Positions 41,570-51,099 are shown, counted from the stretch's first letter. The stretch is DNA of 64,000 nt from an uncultured virus (IMG/VR IMGVR_UViG_3300030372_005500) (IMGVR_UViG_3300030372_005500); one strand, 5' to 3'. Numbers and translations: made by a program. Notes: a model not told the origin generated them from the letters alone.

Positions 41570-41794
41570 ATGAAAGTAAGAGAACTAATAGAAGAGCTTG
41601 AATGCTATCCAGATGATTTGGAAGTCAAATTGGCACATCAGCCAAATTGGCCTTTTCAATATTCAATTGGTGATGTAGTTGAAGCTAAATTAGATGACGA
41701 AGACCCAAGTAAAGGAAACGCAGTGTTTATTGGTGAATGTGAACAAGAAGAATATTTACCATATTCTGCAAGTTGTGCATTGGGTTGGAAATAG
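41570..41794 (+). CDS. Small viral protein (MKVRELIEELE.YP.D.EV type)
   Basis: 74 aa, bounded by elements. Confidence 0.75.
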   Translation: MKVRELIEELECYPDDLEVKLAHQPNWPFQYSIGDVVEAKLDDEDPSKGNAVFIGECEQEEYLPYSASCALGWK

Positions 41795-41811
41795 GGGCTT
41801 AAGCCCGTCTT

Positions 41812-42000
41812 ATGAGAGAATTAAACGAAATCTGCGTTATTCCTGAGGGAATGTTAGCAAGGATGAGAAGACTTAGAGCAGATTGGAAAGCAACAGAGAT
41901 TATGCATGAAACAGAAGACCGCCCAATGATGGTAATGTATTATAAGGGCAAGATTCATGCAATTGACCAATTGATTGAAGTCTTAGGAGAAGGGGTGTAA
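41812..42000 (+). CDS. Hypothetical protein
   Basis: 62 aa, bounded by elements. Confidence 0.7.
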   Translation: MRELNEICVIPEGMLARMRRLRADWKATEIMHETEDRPMMVMYYKGKIHAIDQLIEVLGEGV

Positions 42001-42044
42001 ACCCGTCAGATGTTGCAGGTTGGTCTCACCCTGCACTCTATCAT

Positions 42045-42110
42045 ATGGCAAAAAAAACATGTAGAGATTGTCCTAACAATGGATGCCCAAGGTGTCCAGT
42101 GGAGGGATAA
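42045..42110 (+). CDS. Cys-rich micropeptide MAKKTCRDCPNNGCPRCPVEG
   Basis: ATC-AT-ATG context, two CxxC, TAATG-coupled to 42110. Confidence 0.5.
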   Translation: MAKKTCRDCPNNGCPRCPVEG

Positions 42111-42325
42111 TGGTCGAATTAGATGATTTGAGAGTAGAACTGATAAGCATAATAGCTGAAATCAGGGCTGACCCAATACCAGAGCAAATGGATAAACATT
42201 TTAAGTTGCACAAAAATTCTGTGCAATTTGGTTTAGACAGGGCTGTGACAATCATTGATTCCGTTATTGAAGCGGTTATAGCTAACGATAATGAATTGAA
42301 TGATGATGGGACATATGGGCTTTAG
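42110..42325 (+). CDS. Hypothetical protein
   Basis: Likely start ATG 42110 after GGAGG; stop in hairpin loop. Confidence 0.65.
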   Translation: MVELDDLRVELISIIAEIRADPIPEQMDKHFKLHKNSVQFGLDRAVTIIDSVIEAVIANDNELNDDGTYGL

Positions 42326-42334
42326 GGCCCTCAT

Positions 42335-42682
42335 ATGGGAACAAGATGTAACATAAAAGTGACTGATGGTCATGATACATTATGGTTCTATAGGCACTGG
42401 GATGGTTATCCATCTGCAGTAGAGCCAAGTTTAGAACCACTAATGGAGAAGTTAAAAGAAGGTAAACTTAGGACCAATGTAGGTCAGTTTGCTGGTTGGT
42501 TAACTATAATTGGACATGAGGAAGCTGGAAATCCTAAAATGGGTGAAGCATGGAAATGTGGAAACTATGAGCCTACAACAGGCGAGCATGGTGACATTGA
42601 ATATCTATACACTATAGATCTAAAGAATAAAACATTACATTGTTTAGATTTATATGAATCCAAAAGAGGAATGTGGGCCTGA
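42335..42682 (+). CDS. Conserved viral hypothetical protein (MGTR...Y.HWDGYP...HGDIEY.Y type)
   Basis: Motif pattern common in phage early regions; bounded by elements. Confidence 0.75.
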   Translation: MGTRCNIKVTDGHDTLWFYRHWDGYPSAVEPSLEPLMEKLKEGKLRTNVGQFAGWLTIIGHEEAGNPKMGEAWKCGNYEPTTGEHGDIEYLYTIDLKNKTLHCLDLYESKRGMWA

Positions 42683-42694
42683 GAAGGCCGTCAT

Positions 42695-42943
42695 ATGGAA
42701 CAAGAATTAGTAGACATAGATAAGTTACAAAAAAGGTTATTGAAAAAGAATGGATGCGGTATACAAGGCCCAGGGAATGGAGGATGGCCTTGCAATAGTT
42801 GTTTCCACGCAATGGAAATACCTGGATTGAAACAAGATATACACGACTATTGGTTAGCAGTATTAGCTGTAAGAGGCGATTATGAGTGGGTTGAACCCAA
42901 TCATGAACTAATAGAAGAGTTATATCATGCATTAGGGGCTTAG
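42695..42943 (+). CDS. Hypothetical protein (C..WPC..CFH)
   Basis: 82 aa, bounded by elements. Confidence 0.7.
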   Translation: MEQELVDIDKLQKRLLKKNGCGIQGPGNGGWPCNSCFHAMEIPGLKQDIHDYWLAVLAVRGDYEWVEPNHELIEELYHALGA

Positions 42944-42952
42944 GCCCGTCTT

Positions 42953-43510
42953 ATGCCAAATTGGTGCGAAAATTCAACAAAGATTGAAGGAAAGAAAGAG
43001 ATAGTCTTAGACTTTCTCAAAGCAATAGGAAACGGAGATACAGATAGCGAGATGTGTTTCGACTTCGACAAGATATTACCTGTTCCTGAAGAATTCCAAG
43101 GAGTTCATGAAGGCAATACCACAATAGATGGTAAGCAGGTAACATATTGGAGAGAAGTTGGTACCAATCAAATCGCAATCAGTAACTCTGAGATCAACCG
43201 ATTAACCAAGAAATATGGTTCTTTCGGATGGTATAACTGGTCAATAGAAAACTGGGGGACCAAATGGCCTCCAAGTGAGACCTTTGCAAGGACATATGAT
43301 TTAGATGAAGACTATGGCGTGCATATAGATTATGACACGGCTTGGTGCCCTCCAACGGGGATTCTAAAGAAATTACAGGCAGATTGGCCTGAATTAAATA
43401 TCCGAACAAAATGGCGTGAGGAAGGTATGGGCGAAGAAGGATTGATTAAATTTAATCCAGATGGTTCAGCCAACTCAGAGTCTTACACAAGAAGTATAGA
43501 TGACTGGTAG
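42953..43510 (+). CDS. DUF1281/YubB-type ferredoxin-like domain protein
   Basis: MPNWCEN, FDFDKILPVP, WYNW..ENWGTKW, (F/Y)DTAW.PP motifs. Confidence 0.75.
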   Translation: MPNWCENSTKIEGKKEIVLDFLKAIGNGDTDSEMCFDFDKILPVPEEFQGVHEGNTTIDGKQVTYWREVGTNQIAISNSEINRLTKKYGSFGWYNWSIENWGTKWPPSETFARTYDLDEDYGVHIDYDTAWCPPTGILKKLQADWPELNIRTKWREEGMGEEGLIKFNPDGSANSESYTRSIDDW

Positions 43511-43527
43511 GGGCGAAAGCCCGTCTT

Positions 43528-43758
43528 ATGACATATAGAATAGTTATAACAAGAAACGGAGATTATGTAGCAGGACAAGCAAACAGATTAGACAATCTGG
43601 TAAAAAGCTTTAAGTTAGATGACGAAGAAGAATTTCTCGAATGTGTAGGAGAAATGCAGAGTTTATCTGATTATAGCCTGCAAGAGATATTTTATGCATC
43701 AGAGCATGAAAAGGAGACTTTTAATCTGACAAAATATCTCAGCAACAAGGGGGATTAG
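43528..43758 (+). CDS. Hypothetical protein
   Basis: 76 aa, bounded by elements. Confidence 0.7.
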   Translation: MTYRIVITRNGDYVAGQANRLDNLVKSFKLDDEEEFLECVGEMQSLSDYSLQEIFYASEHEKETFNLTKYLSNKGD

Positions 43759-43767
43759 CCCCGTCAA

Positions 43768-44511
43768 ATGGTATTAAAAGTAACCAGAAAAAGCGGCAAT
43801 ACGAAGACAGGACCGATTGCCGTAACAAATAGGTCTGGAAAGCAAAACATTTTTGGAACTTGCCCAGATAGTTGTAAGTTGATGTTACCTGGTCACAAAG
43901 GTAGTGATGAGGTCGATGTCGATTATCTTACGGCATTAAGAAAGGCAGTCCCAGAAAAAGGCAAGGCGTGGACTTATACCCACTCCATAGCTTTTAGAAG
44001 GCGATTTAGGCCAAGTAGAGAAGGAGAGACCTGTATAAATTCATCATGTGATACCATTGATGATATTTTGGATGCCCAAGATAGAGGACATCCAAGTGTG
44101 ACAGTAATACCTGAGCAAGGAGCAACTGAATTTATTCGGAAGCTTCGAGGTAAAGGGATAAAAATAGGAATCTGTCCAGCACAGTTAAAGAAAGATATGA
44201 CCTGTTCTAATTGTGGTGGTGCAAGTGGACCTTGGTGTTCAATGCATGACCGCCACTTTACAGTGGGATTTTTATCTCACGGAACAGGAAAGAAGCAAGC
44301 AGAAGACTGTGAAAAACAAGGAGGTTGTTATGCAGCCTACTTTAGGACAAGATGGCAATGGGATAAATTAGCCCTAAAAGAAGAATCTAAACAAACCGAT
44401 GGAGAAAAACTCCTTGAGTTTGCAGAAACTTTACCAGAAGGTAGTTTACTACGTCACCATGTCGTCGGTGATATGATGAAGGACACAAAATCTCGGCACT
44501 TCGAGTGCTGA
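43768..44511 (+). CDS. Cys-rich phage protein (Gp88-like)
   Basis: SGN.KTGPI.VT, TCP.SC, WTYTH, CPAQ....TC..C, CYA, LRHHV.GD motifs. Confidence 0.6.
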   Translation: MVLKVTRKSGNTKTGPIAVTNRSGKQNIFGTCPDSCKLMLPGHKGSDEVDVDYLTALRKAVPEKGKAWTYTHSIAFRRRFRPSREGETCINSSCDTIDDILDAQDRGHPSVTVIPEQGATEFIRKLRGKGIKIGICPAQLKKDMTCSNCGGASGPWCSMHDRHFTVGFLSHGTGKKQAEDCEKQGGCYAAYFRTRWQWDKLALKEESKQTDGEKLLEFAETLPEGSLLRHHVVGDMMKDTKSRHFEC

Positions 44512-44531
44512 GTGGGGCTTCGGCCCGTCAT

Positions 44532-44693
44532 ATGGATATAAAAGAAATTAAATATATAAACAAGGAATTGAATGGAAAAGATATAGAGGCTATATCAGAG
44601 ATTATTCATGAAGCCTTAGTTGAAAAAGAAATTAGTTATGAATCATTTAGCTATGAGATACACGTTAGCTATAATGAACTAAATGGGGAGTAA
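44532..44693 (+). CDS. 53 aa acidic hypothetical protein
   Basis: Start reassigned to ATG 44532 after the element. Confidence 0.65.
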   Translation: MDIKEIKYINKELNGKDIEAISEIIHEALVEKEISYESFSYEIHVSYNELNGE

Positions 44694-44702
44694 TCCCGTC
44701 AT

Positions 44703-44846
44703 ATGGAAACTAAAAATAAGGAGTCATGTTCACATGACCACCGAATAACAAGAATTAGTTGGAAAGATAATTACTCAATTTCTGAATGTCAGAAATGTAA
44801 AATAGTATGGAATGAAGAGACTGGTGAAGTTATTAAAAGGCCTTAA
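44703..44846 (+). CDS. 47 aa Zn-finger-like microprotein (C.H...C..C)
   Basis: Bounded by elements; not in ORF track. Confidence 0.65.
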   Translation: METKNKESCSHDHRITRISWKDNYSISECQKCKIVWNEETGEVIKRP

Positions 44847-44855
44847 GGCCATCAT

Positions 44856-45791
44856 ATGAGTTTAAAAGATGAGCTGATAGCATATCTGGCAGACCCTAAA
44901 ACGCTAAAGGATATTTATCCAGCATTTAGAAATGTTAAACCTTCCACAATTAGAGGAAGATTAAACGAGAATGTTGGTAAATGCTTCAAACGTGTTACAC
45001 GTGGAGTATACTTAGCAACAAAAGGGAATAGCCAATGTGTTATCATCGAAGGAGACGCATGGGATAAGATCAAGGATTTTGAGGATGATTCAATAGATGT
45101 AATCATCACAGACCCACCTTACTCATGCTTGGACCAGCAAATGAAAGTCGGTTCAACACGAAAGCGTAATCTTAATCGTGGCTGGAAATTTGATACAAAG
45201 GATTTTGATTCAGAATTACTGAATCATTTCTATAGAGTATTGAAGCCAAAAGGTCACTTCTATACGTTTTTACCTGCAATAGCTCATGATACAGTTGAGT
45301 ATAATGAACAGATTAGAAAATTAGCTATAGATTGTGGATTTTATTTTCACAAGATAGCTATTTGGGATAAAGGTCATATGGGAATGGGTTACCATTTCCG
45401 TAATAGACATGAAACAATATACTTCTTTTCAAAGGGGTATGTTGGGGCAAAAGATTTGCCTATGACGTATGCTGATAATGGTTCAAGACTGTGTTTAACA
45501 AAACCCGATGTTTTGAAACACACGAGACCACATCATACGAAGAAAATACATGAGACCGAGAAACCAGTTCAATTACTCGTTGATATCTTAGAGTATTGCA
45601 CTAAGCCAGGCGATGTAGCTCTGGACCCTTTCGGGGGTTCTTTGAGTTTAGCTTTGGCATGTATGGAAACTAAGACAAATGCAATAGTGATTGAAAAGGA
45701 CAAAGAAATGGTCCAAAAGGGAATACAGCGTGTGGCGGCACACGCCCCTTCAGATGAAAACGAAACGAACCGCATGGTTCGGCTTCAATAA
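44856..45791 (+). CDS. N6-adenine/N4-cytosine DNA methyltransferase (beta class) with N-terminal HTH-like extension
   Basis: IITDPPY catalytic motif, H.TEKP..L, VALDPFGGS SAM-binding motif. Confidence 0.88.
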   Translation: MSLKDELIAYLADPKTLKDIYPAFRNVKPSTIRGRLNENVGKCFKRVTRGVYLATKGNSQCVIIEGDAWDKIKDFEDDSIDVIITDPPYSCLDQQMKVGSTRKRNLNRGWKFDTKDFDSELLNHFYRVLKPKGHFYTFLPAIAHDTVEYNEQIRKLAIDCGFYFHKIAIWDKGHMGMGYHFRNRHETIYFFSKGYVGAKDLPMTYADNGSRLCLTKPDVLKHTRPHHTKKIHETEKPVQLLVDILEYCTKPGDVALDPFGGSLSLALACMETKTNAIVIEKDKEMVQKGIQRVAAHAPSDENETNRMVRLQ

Positions 45792-46449
45792 CATCAAAAC
45801 GCTATACAATGGACAGCTAAAGGTATTGGACCTATTCTCTGGTTTAGAGGGTTGGTCACAAGCTTTTAGAGACAGAGGTCATGATGTATTAACTTTGGAT
45901 AGTGATCCAAGGTTTGATTCTGACATCTGTATAGACATAAGGGAATTTAGTACATTACAACTTCCCTGGAAGCCAGATATAATTCTGGCATCACCGCCTT
46001 GCAACGCATTTTCTGTTGCAAGCATAGGAAAACATTGGGGTGGTGGCAAGAGAGCTTATGTGCCTAAATCAGAAGGTGCAAAGCTTGGTATCGAATTAGT
46101 AGAACATACTAAAGATTTGATACAAGCCATAGACCCATATTTCTTTGTGATAGAAAACCCAAGAGGTTTACTAAGGAAATTAGGACTTCTTGATGAGTTT
46201 GAAAGGCATACGGTGACATATTGTCAATACGGAGAGACAAGAATGAAACCTACGGATCTCTGGGGTGGTTTTCCACCCAGTTTGAAGTTAAAGGACCCAT
46301 GTAAGAATGGTGCTCCTTGTCATGAAGCTGCTCCAAGAGGAGCAAGAACTGGCAGTCAAGGCTTGAATAAGTTTGAGAGTGCCAAAATACCGTATAAATT
46401 AGCTGAAGCCGTTTGTATAGCCGCAGAAAAGGATAGAAGCCGAACGTAA
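45754..46449 (+). CDS. C5-cytosine DNA methyltransferase-like protein (short form)
   Basis: VLDLFSG, ASPPC, IENP motifs; likely start ATG 45754 after an extended element. Confidence 0.8.
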   Translation: MKTKRTAWFGFNNIKTLYNGQLKVLDLFSGLEGWSQAFRDRGHDVLTLDSDPRFDSDICIDIREFSTLQLPWKPDIILASPPCNAFSVASIGKHWGGGKRAYVPKSEGAKLGIELVEHTKDLIQAIDPYFFVIENPRGLLRKLGLLDEFERHTVTYCQYGETRMKPTDLWGGFPPSLKLKDPCKNGAPCHEAAPRGARTGSQGLNKFESAKIPYKLAEAVCIAAEKDRSRT

Positions 46450-46564
46450 ATCGGTTTATTGATACTGATAAGTCTCGTAAACGATACGTTTGGTTTAAAT
46501 ACATCCTAACACTATATATTAATGAGGATAACGGGGAGTTCATGGTGGTCTCCCCCTCAATCAG

Positions 46565-47680
46565 ATGAGTGAAGAAAAAACTGTCTCTTTAAAAAAAGAG
46601 ACATTTGAAAGCATAGTGGACCTTGCCTCAGAATTAGAGAGGCAGGGAGGCAGCAAGTTAGACCTTGTTGTAGATCCAAGAAACCTATCTGCAGAGGTTG
46701 TCACAGACGGTGACAAATCTCAAGTAGTAGTTAATGTGCCAGATAATGGAACTTTTCCATTAACTGACCATGCACATGCACAAGTAAGTGATAAGCTGAA
46801 AATCCCAAAGCGGTATTATGACCGCATGAAGGATAGCAAGCCTGATTTACTTTGTGAAAATGTAAATGAATGGCTACAGGAGGATACTCCAAGACTTCTA
46901 AGAATTCTTGAAGTATTTCCAGGTGATGGGCTCAAAATAAGAGCCTTTTTATCTGACAGGTATAGAGTTCTGGATAATCACGGATTGCTTGGAGCATCGT
47001 TACAGGCTTTACAAGGCATCAAAGAGAAAGGAACTGATGTCGATATAGTCAGGACGAGTTTAACAGAAACAAACATGTATATCAAAGCCCGTTCACCCAG
47101 TTTGGGTGTGGACTTTGGTGAAAGAGGTGAAGTACACCCAGGAATTATTATCTCTAATTCAGAGGTAGGTTCTGGTGGAGTAAAAGTATCTCCCTTTTTC
47201 TATTTCTTAGCATGTTCAAACGGATTAATATCCGAACAAAAGTTCGGTAAAATCCATTTGGGTAGCAAGTTAGAATTAGGAGAACTTGTTTCACAGCAGA
47301 CTCAAAATTTAGAGGATGCAGCAGTTTGGAGTTCTATAAACGACCTGATAAGCGGCACATTTGATGCCGATGGCTTTGACGTGCTTATGAAACAACTGAA
47401 AGCGACTACCGAAAGGGAAGTTCTAAATCCAGTTGAAGCAGTCAACAACGTGGTTAAAGAATTCAAACTACCTGAAGGACACATGGATACACTCCTTAGT
47501 GAGTTCTCTACATCAAGAGACTACACACAATGGGGTTTGTTCAATGCCGTAACTGCAGTCGGTAAGACTGTTGGCGGTGAGAACCAACGTGTAGAATGGG
47601 AAAAGACAGGCGGCAAAATAGCCGTCATGGATGGGGGTCAATTCGAGAGATTGGCACCTCTTCCTGAAAATGGGGCGTAA
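46565..47680 (+). CDS. DUF932-like protein
   Basis: L.IP..YYDRM, RAFLSDRYR.LDN, G..ISNSEVG.G...V......CSNG, T.WGL.NAVT motifs. Confidence 0.7.
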   Translation: MSEEKTVSLKKETFESIVDLASELERQGGSKLDLVVDPRNLSAEVVTDGDKSQVVVNVPDNGTFPLTDHAHAQVSDKLKIPKRYYDRMKDSKPDLLCENVNEWLQEDTPRLLRILEVFPGDGLKIRAFLSDRYRVLDNHGLLGASLQALQGIKEKGTDVDIVRTSLTETNMYIKARSPSLGVDFGERGEVHPGIIISNSEVGSGGVKVSPFFYFLACSNGLISEQKFGKIHLGSKLELGELVSQQTQNLEDAAVWSSINDLISGTFDADGFDVLMKQLKATTEREVLNPVEAVNNVVKEFKLPEGHMDTLLSEFSTSRDYTQWGLFNAVTAVGKTVGGENQRVEWEKTGGKIAVMDGGQFERLAPLPENGA

Positions 47681-47764
47681 GCCCGTCAAATGGGCATATA
47701 GCACACTTGTGTGAAGACTGATTGGTGAAGCATTCTTAACATAACCTCACACAAGGCCCTTCAT

Positions 47765-48133
47765 ATGGCTTGGACAGCAAAAAACAATGAAGAAATCGAC
47801 GCATATATTAAAAAAAGTAACCTAACAATAAATACGAAAGATACTAAATTTCTATATTGTAGGCCACGAAATGTAGTTGAAGCAGAGAAAAGAAGACTTA
47901 ATTTATTAAATAGATTAGAAGAGATCATTAGATGTTCTAAAAAGTTGATAGATGAAAATATAATTCGTTCTCAGCTTTCAGCTATGAGATATATACATGC
48001 TGGAGATGAAAAAGGAAGAACAGAGGCGATTAAATTTGATGAAATTGTAAAATCAGATGAACGCCTTATAAGAATATGCAAAGAGCTTATAGATATAGCT
48101 AACAAAAAGCATAATTCAAAAAAGGGGAAGTAA
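47765..48133 (+). CDS. Hypothetical protein
   Basis: 122 aa, bounded by elements. Confidence 0.7.
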   Translation: MAWTAKNNEEIDAYIKKSNLTINTKDTKFLYCRPRNVVEAEKRRLNLLNRLEEIIRCSKKLIDENIIRSQLSAMRYIHAGDEKGRTEAIKFDEIVKSDERLIRICKELIDIANKKHNSKKGK

Positions 48134-48143
48134 TTCCCGTCGT

Positions 48144-48329
48144 ATGAAAGAATTTACAAATAAAATATCAGAATTGTTTTATGGTGAGACACATGAAGAT
48201 GCAATTAATAATAATACTTGCGTAATATGCAAGGATAAAGTAACAAAATTTAAAGATGAAGTTAGTATGAGAGAATACAAGATTTCAGGATTTTGTCAAA
48301 AGTGTCAAGATGAAACATTTGGGGCGTAA
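48144..48329 (+). CDS. Zn-finger microprotein (CVIC...EY.ISG.CQ.CQD..F)
   Basis: 61 aa, two CxxC. Confidence 0.75.
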   Translation: MKEFTNKISELFYGETHEDAINNNTCVICKDKVTKFKDEVSMREYKISGFCQKCQDETFGA

Positions 48330-48338
48330 GCCTCTCTT

Positions 48339-48566
48339 ATGAGTAAAGAAGTAGTAACAGGAAAACTATTTGAAGAACACATTTGTGGATGCAAGGTATA
48401 TGTTTTAGAAACCATAAGCAGCAATCCTACAAGAAATTATGTAAATGAATTATGTCATTATCATGATGAATATGTAGGAAGTTCTATACGAGATATGGAA
48501 AACGACCCAAGTAATTACGAGGGCATAGATGGCTGCGAATGGGCAGATAAACTTGCACAAGAATAG
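48339..48566 (+). CDS. Small Cys/His protein
   Basis: 75 aa; CGC..C..H. Confidence 0.7.
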   Translation: MSKEVVTGKLFEEHICGCKVYVLETISSNPTRNYVNELCHYHDEYVGSSIRDMENDPSNYEGIDGCEWADKLAQE

Positions 48567-48600
48567 AAAGAGATAAAAATGTGCCTATACTGGCACTCAG

Positions 48601-48981
48601 ATGAGCAAAGCAAAAGCAAGTCCACAGCATCCTAAGTGGAGCGTCTTAGATGACGCACCCAGGGGAAGGCAAGTTTTGGTTGATATTGGATTATCCAAAT
48701 CACCCAAAGAATCTAAGACTAACTACGGTTTTGGACAATGGGACGGTGAGATCATACATTTATGGTCAGCACCAGAGATTCATTCTTTAGTTCTTATTAG
48801 AACTAAGCAATGGACAATCGACATGGTTGAAACCGTTATGGAAAGATACACTGCGACTTTCAAGACAATCAATGATGATATAGAGTCATATGATTTTCAA
48901 GAAGTCATTGCAGAAGAGTTAGTTCAGTGGGATAGTATCCCAGCAAGGCCAGTACCTCGACCAGAGGCTCTGGAAGAATAG
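48601..48981 (+). CDS. Hypothetical protein
   Basis: 126 aa, bounded by elements. Confidence 0.7.
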   Translation: MSKAKASPQHPKWSVLDDAPRGRQVLVDIGLSKSPKESKTNYGFGQWDGEIIHLWSAPEIHSLVLIRTKQWTIDMVETVMERYTATFKTINDDIESYDFQEVIAEELVQWDSIPARPVPRPEALEE

Positions 48982-48998
48982 GGGCGAAAGCCCGTCAT

Positions 48999-49277
48999 AT
49001 GAAATTGAAAGAATTAAAAATAGAAATCAATGATGCAATAGAAATGAAAGATGTAGTAACATTAGCATATCTGAATAATGAGCATCACGACCTTATAGCA
49101 ACTGAATTAAATAATTTTGATTCAGCGCATCTTGAAGAGTTAACAACCAAAATGGAGAATTTTGATGTAGACTCGGCAAGATTGAGCTATAAAGAAGTGG
49201 AAGAGTATTATTCTAAAAGTAAAAAAGATGCATTAACTATCTTGAATGAATTTGCCTCAAAAGTTGGTTTAGAATAG
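48999..49277 (+). CDS. Acidic helical hypothetical protein
   Basis: 92 aa, bounded by elements. Confidence 0.7.
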   Translation: MKLKELKIEINDAIEMKDVVTLAYLNNEHHDLIATELNNFDSAHLEELTTKMENFDVDSARLSYKEVEEYYSKSKKDALTILNEFASKVGLE

Positions 49278-49294
49278 GGCCTGAGGGCCGTCAT

Positions 49295-49447
49295 ATGGAA
49301 GAAGATGAAAGAAAATGCTTTACCTGTGGTTGGGTTGGAGATTATGGAGAATTCATGCTAATAAATGAAGGGTATGAATGCTTAGAATGTTCAGAAAAAA
49401 ACAGGACAGAGTATGAAAACAGGAAATGGGGCGACATAAATGCCTAA
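49295..49447 (+). CDS. 50 aa Zn-finger microprotein (CFTCGW...CLEC)
   Basis: Bounded by elements; not in ORF track. Confidence 0.7.
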   Translation: MEEDERKCFTCGWVGDYGEFMLINEGYECLECSEKNRTEYENRKWGDINA

Positions 49448-49468
49448 CCTGGGCCTTCGGGCCATCTT

Positions 49469-49633
49469 ATGAGTGAAAAAGAATTAAATGCTTTCAAAGA
49501 TGGTGTTGCAAATGCACTATTAGAAGGCAAGGTAAATGAAGACTTAAAAGACAAATATTGTAGACATAGTTATAAACAAGGCTATGACTTTGGTTTAACT
49601 ATGTATTGTAGATATAATGAATTAGATAAATAA
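49469..49633 (+). CDS. 54 aa hypothetical protein (Y.QGYDFG)
   Basis: Bounded by elements; not in ORF track. Confidence 0.65.
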   Translation: MSEKELNAFKDGVANALLEGKVNEDLKDKYCRHSYKQGYDFGLTMYCRYNELDK

Positions 49634-49651
49634 AGGCCTAAGGGCCATCAG

Positions 49652-50053
49652 ATGAATAAGGAACAAACATTAGATTATTGGGCTTCATTGGAGCCTGATG
49701 AGCCTATGCTACCACGTCCTATACGTCCAGACCACAAAGGGTCTACCTACACCTGTGATTCAATTAGAATAACAGGAAGTAGAGCGTATATTGATAGTTG
49801 GTTAGGCAACAATAAGTGGCTATTGGAAAGAGAGAACCATAAAACTCGGCTACAAGTCACATACAAGGAGACTGTTGATAGAGATACAGGACTTCCGACA
49901 GGAAAATACAGTTTTTACTGTCAAGTATGGGCAAGAAGTAAGGCCTTGAATAATTATTCAAGAGCAGTACGCAAGGAGCCAGAGATAACTGTAGATCTCA
50001 AACCAATGCAGAGCCACAAAAGTTTAAAGGAGTTAGCTAATAGCTTCTTATGA
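49652..50053 (+). CDS. Hypothetical protein
   Basis: 133 aa, element upstream. Confidence 0.7.
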   Translation: MNKEQTLDYWASLEPDEPMLPRPIRPDHKGSTYTCDSIRITGSRAYIDSWLGNNKWLLERENHKTRLQVTYKETVDRDTGLPTGKYSFYCQVWARSKALNNYSRAVRKEPEITVDLKPMQSHKSLKELANSFL

Positions 50054-50081
50054 ACGGAACAGGGGGCGAGAGTCCCGTCAG

Positions 50082-50234
50082 ATGAGCATATTAACAATTA
50101 TATTGACTTGCGCTGTAATAATAGCGATTGGAATTCCAATTGTATTACACCAAGCAGGCAGATTGAAAGCTGTCGCAGAATCAAAATATGGAAAGAACTG
50201 GAGGCGATATGATGTTTCGGATAATAGAGAATAA
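50082..50234 (+). CDS. 50 aa single-TM protein
   Basis: Element upstream; MSILTIILTCAVIIAIGIPIVL. Confidence 0.6.
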   Translation: MSILTIILTCAVIIAIGIPIVLHQAGRLKAVAESKYGKNWRRYDVSDNRE

Positions 50235-50346
50235 TAAGGTAATATTTGAAACGGATAATATTAATAAATTAATAGAGTATATGGAAAGAAATGAAGAGAC
50301 ATATAATCCAAAATTTATATCGTCCACTGCATCCAGACACAGATAA
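50209..50346 (+). CDS. 45 aa hypothetical peptide
   Basis: GGAGG SD; stop abuts the 50347 element. Confidence 0.5.
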   Translation: MMFRIIENNKVIFETDNINKLIEYMERNEETYNPKFISSTASRHR

Positions 50347-50363
50347 GGCCTTACGGCCATCTT

Positions 50364-50609
50364 ATGAAAAAATACAGATTTTGGTTTCACTACAATAAAC
50401 CAGAGAGTCGTAAAACTGGGAAACCAGTTATGACGGTTCATTACAGAGACCGATGTATTATGGCAGATAATATTGAATGTAATGTAGAAACCGAGACGCA
50501 TAGGCGTAAGAGACAACCTTACATGGTAATCAGAGGTTGGGCAGAGAGCGTTAAAATACGGATAGATTCAACACTTGATTATCAACACGGTGATGTAGTG
50601 ATCAACTAA
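50364..50609 (+). CDS. Small viral protein (FWFHYNKP......MTVH....C type)
   Basis: 81 aa, bounded by elements. Confidence 0.7.
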   Translation: MKKYRFWFHYNKPESRKTGKPVMTVHYRDRCIMADNIECNVETETHRRKRQPYMVIRGWAESVKIRIDSTLDYQHGDVVIN

Positions 50610-50626
50610 GTGCCTTCGGGCATCAT

Positions 50627-50839
50627 ATGGCAAAAGATTTTGAAGTAAGCTTTGTAGAAACAAGTTGGTATTCAACAACAATAATTAGATTGAGTAACAA
50701 TGAATACGAAGAAGCAATAAAGAACGACAACCTAAATGAAGTATTACAAGAGTTATATTGGGATGACACATCTCCTCCTGAGATAACAGATACAACAAAA
50801 CCTGAATACTTCATAGAAGAGGTTGAAAAAGCAGAATAG
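50627..50839 (+). CDS. Acidic hypothetical protein
   Basis: 70 aa, bounded by elements. Confidence 0.7.
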   Translation: MAKDFEVSFVETSWYSTTIIRLSNNEYEEAIKNDNLNEVLQELYWDDTSPPEITDTTKPEYFIEEVEKAE

Positions 50840-50856
50840 GGCCTTCGGGCCATCTT

Positions 50857-51099
50857 ATGGATATAAATGAAAAACGTTGGCTAACTAAAATTAAAAAACA
50901 ATTAGTCGGTAAAACAATAGTAAAAATAGAATACATGCACGAAGATGTAGTAGAAACCAATATGTGGTCTTCAAGACCCATATGTATACTATTAGATGAT
51001 GGTAATTGGATTTATCCAATGTGTGATGACGAAGGTAATAATGGCGGAGCCATGGGAACTACCTTTGAAGATTTACAGACAATACCTGTATTCTATTAG
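50857..51099 (+). CDS. Small viral protein (L.GKTI..I.Y....DDEGN.GG type)
   Basis: 80 aa, bounded by elements. Confidence 0.7.
   Translation: MDINEKRWLTKIKKQLVGKTIVKIEYMHEDVVETNMWSSRPICILLDDGNWIYPMCDDEGNNGGAMGTTFEDLQTIPVFY

Noticed and set aside
47681..47688. GCCCGTCA is identical to the 16S rRNA decoding-site strand
   Set aside because: Identity rather than complementarity, and many copies replace GCCC or G (GGCC-ATC, TCCC-GTC), so structure is conserved rather than this sequence.
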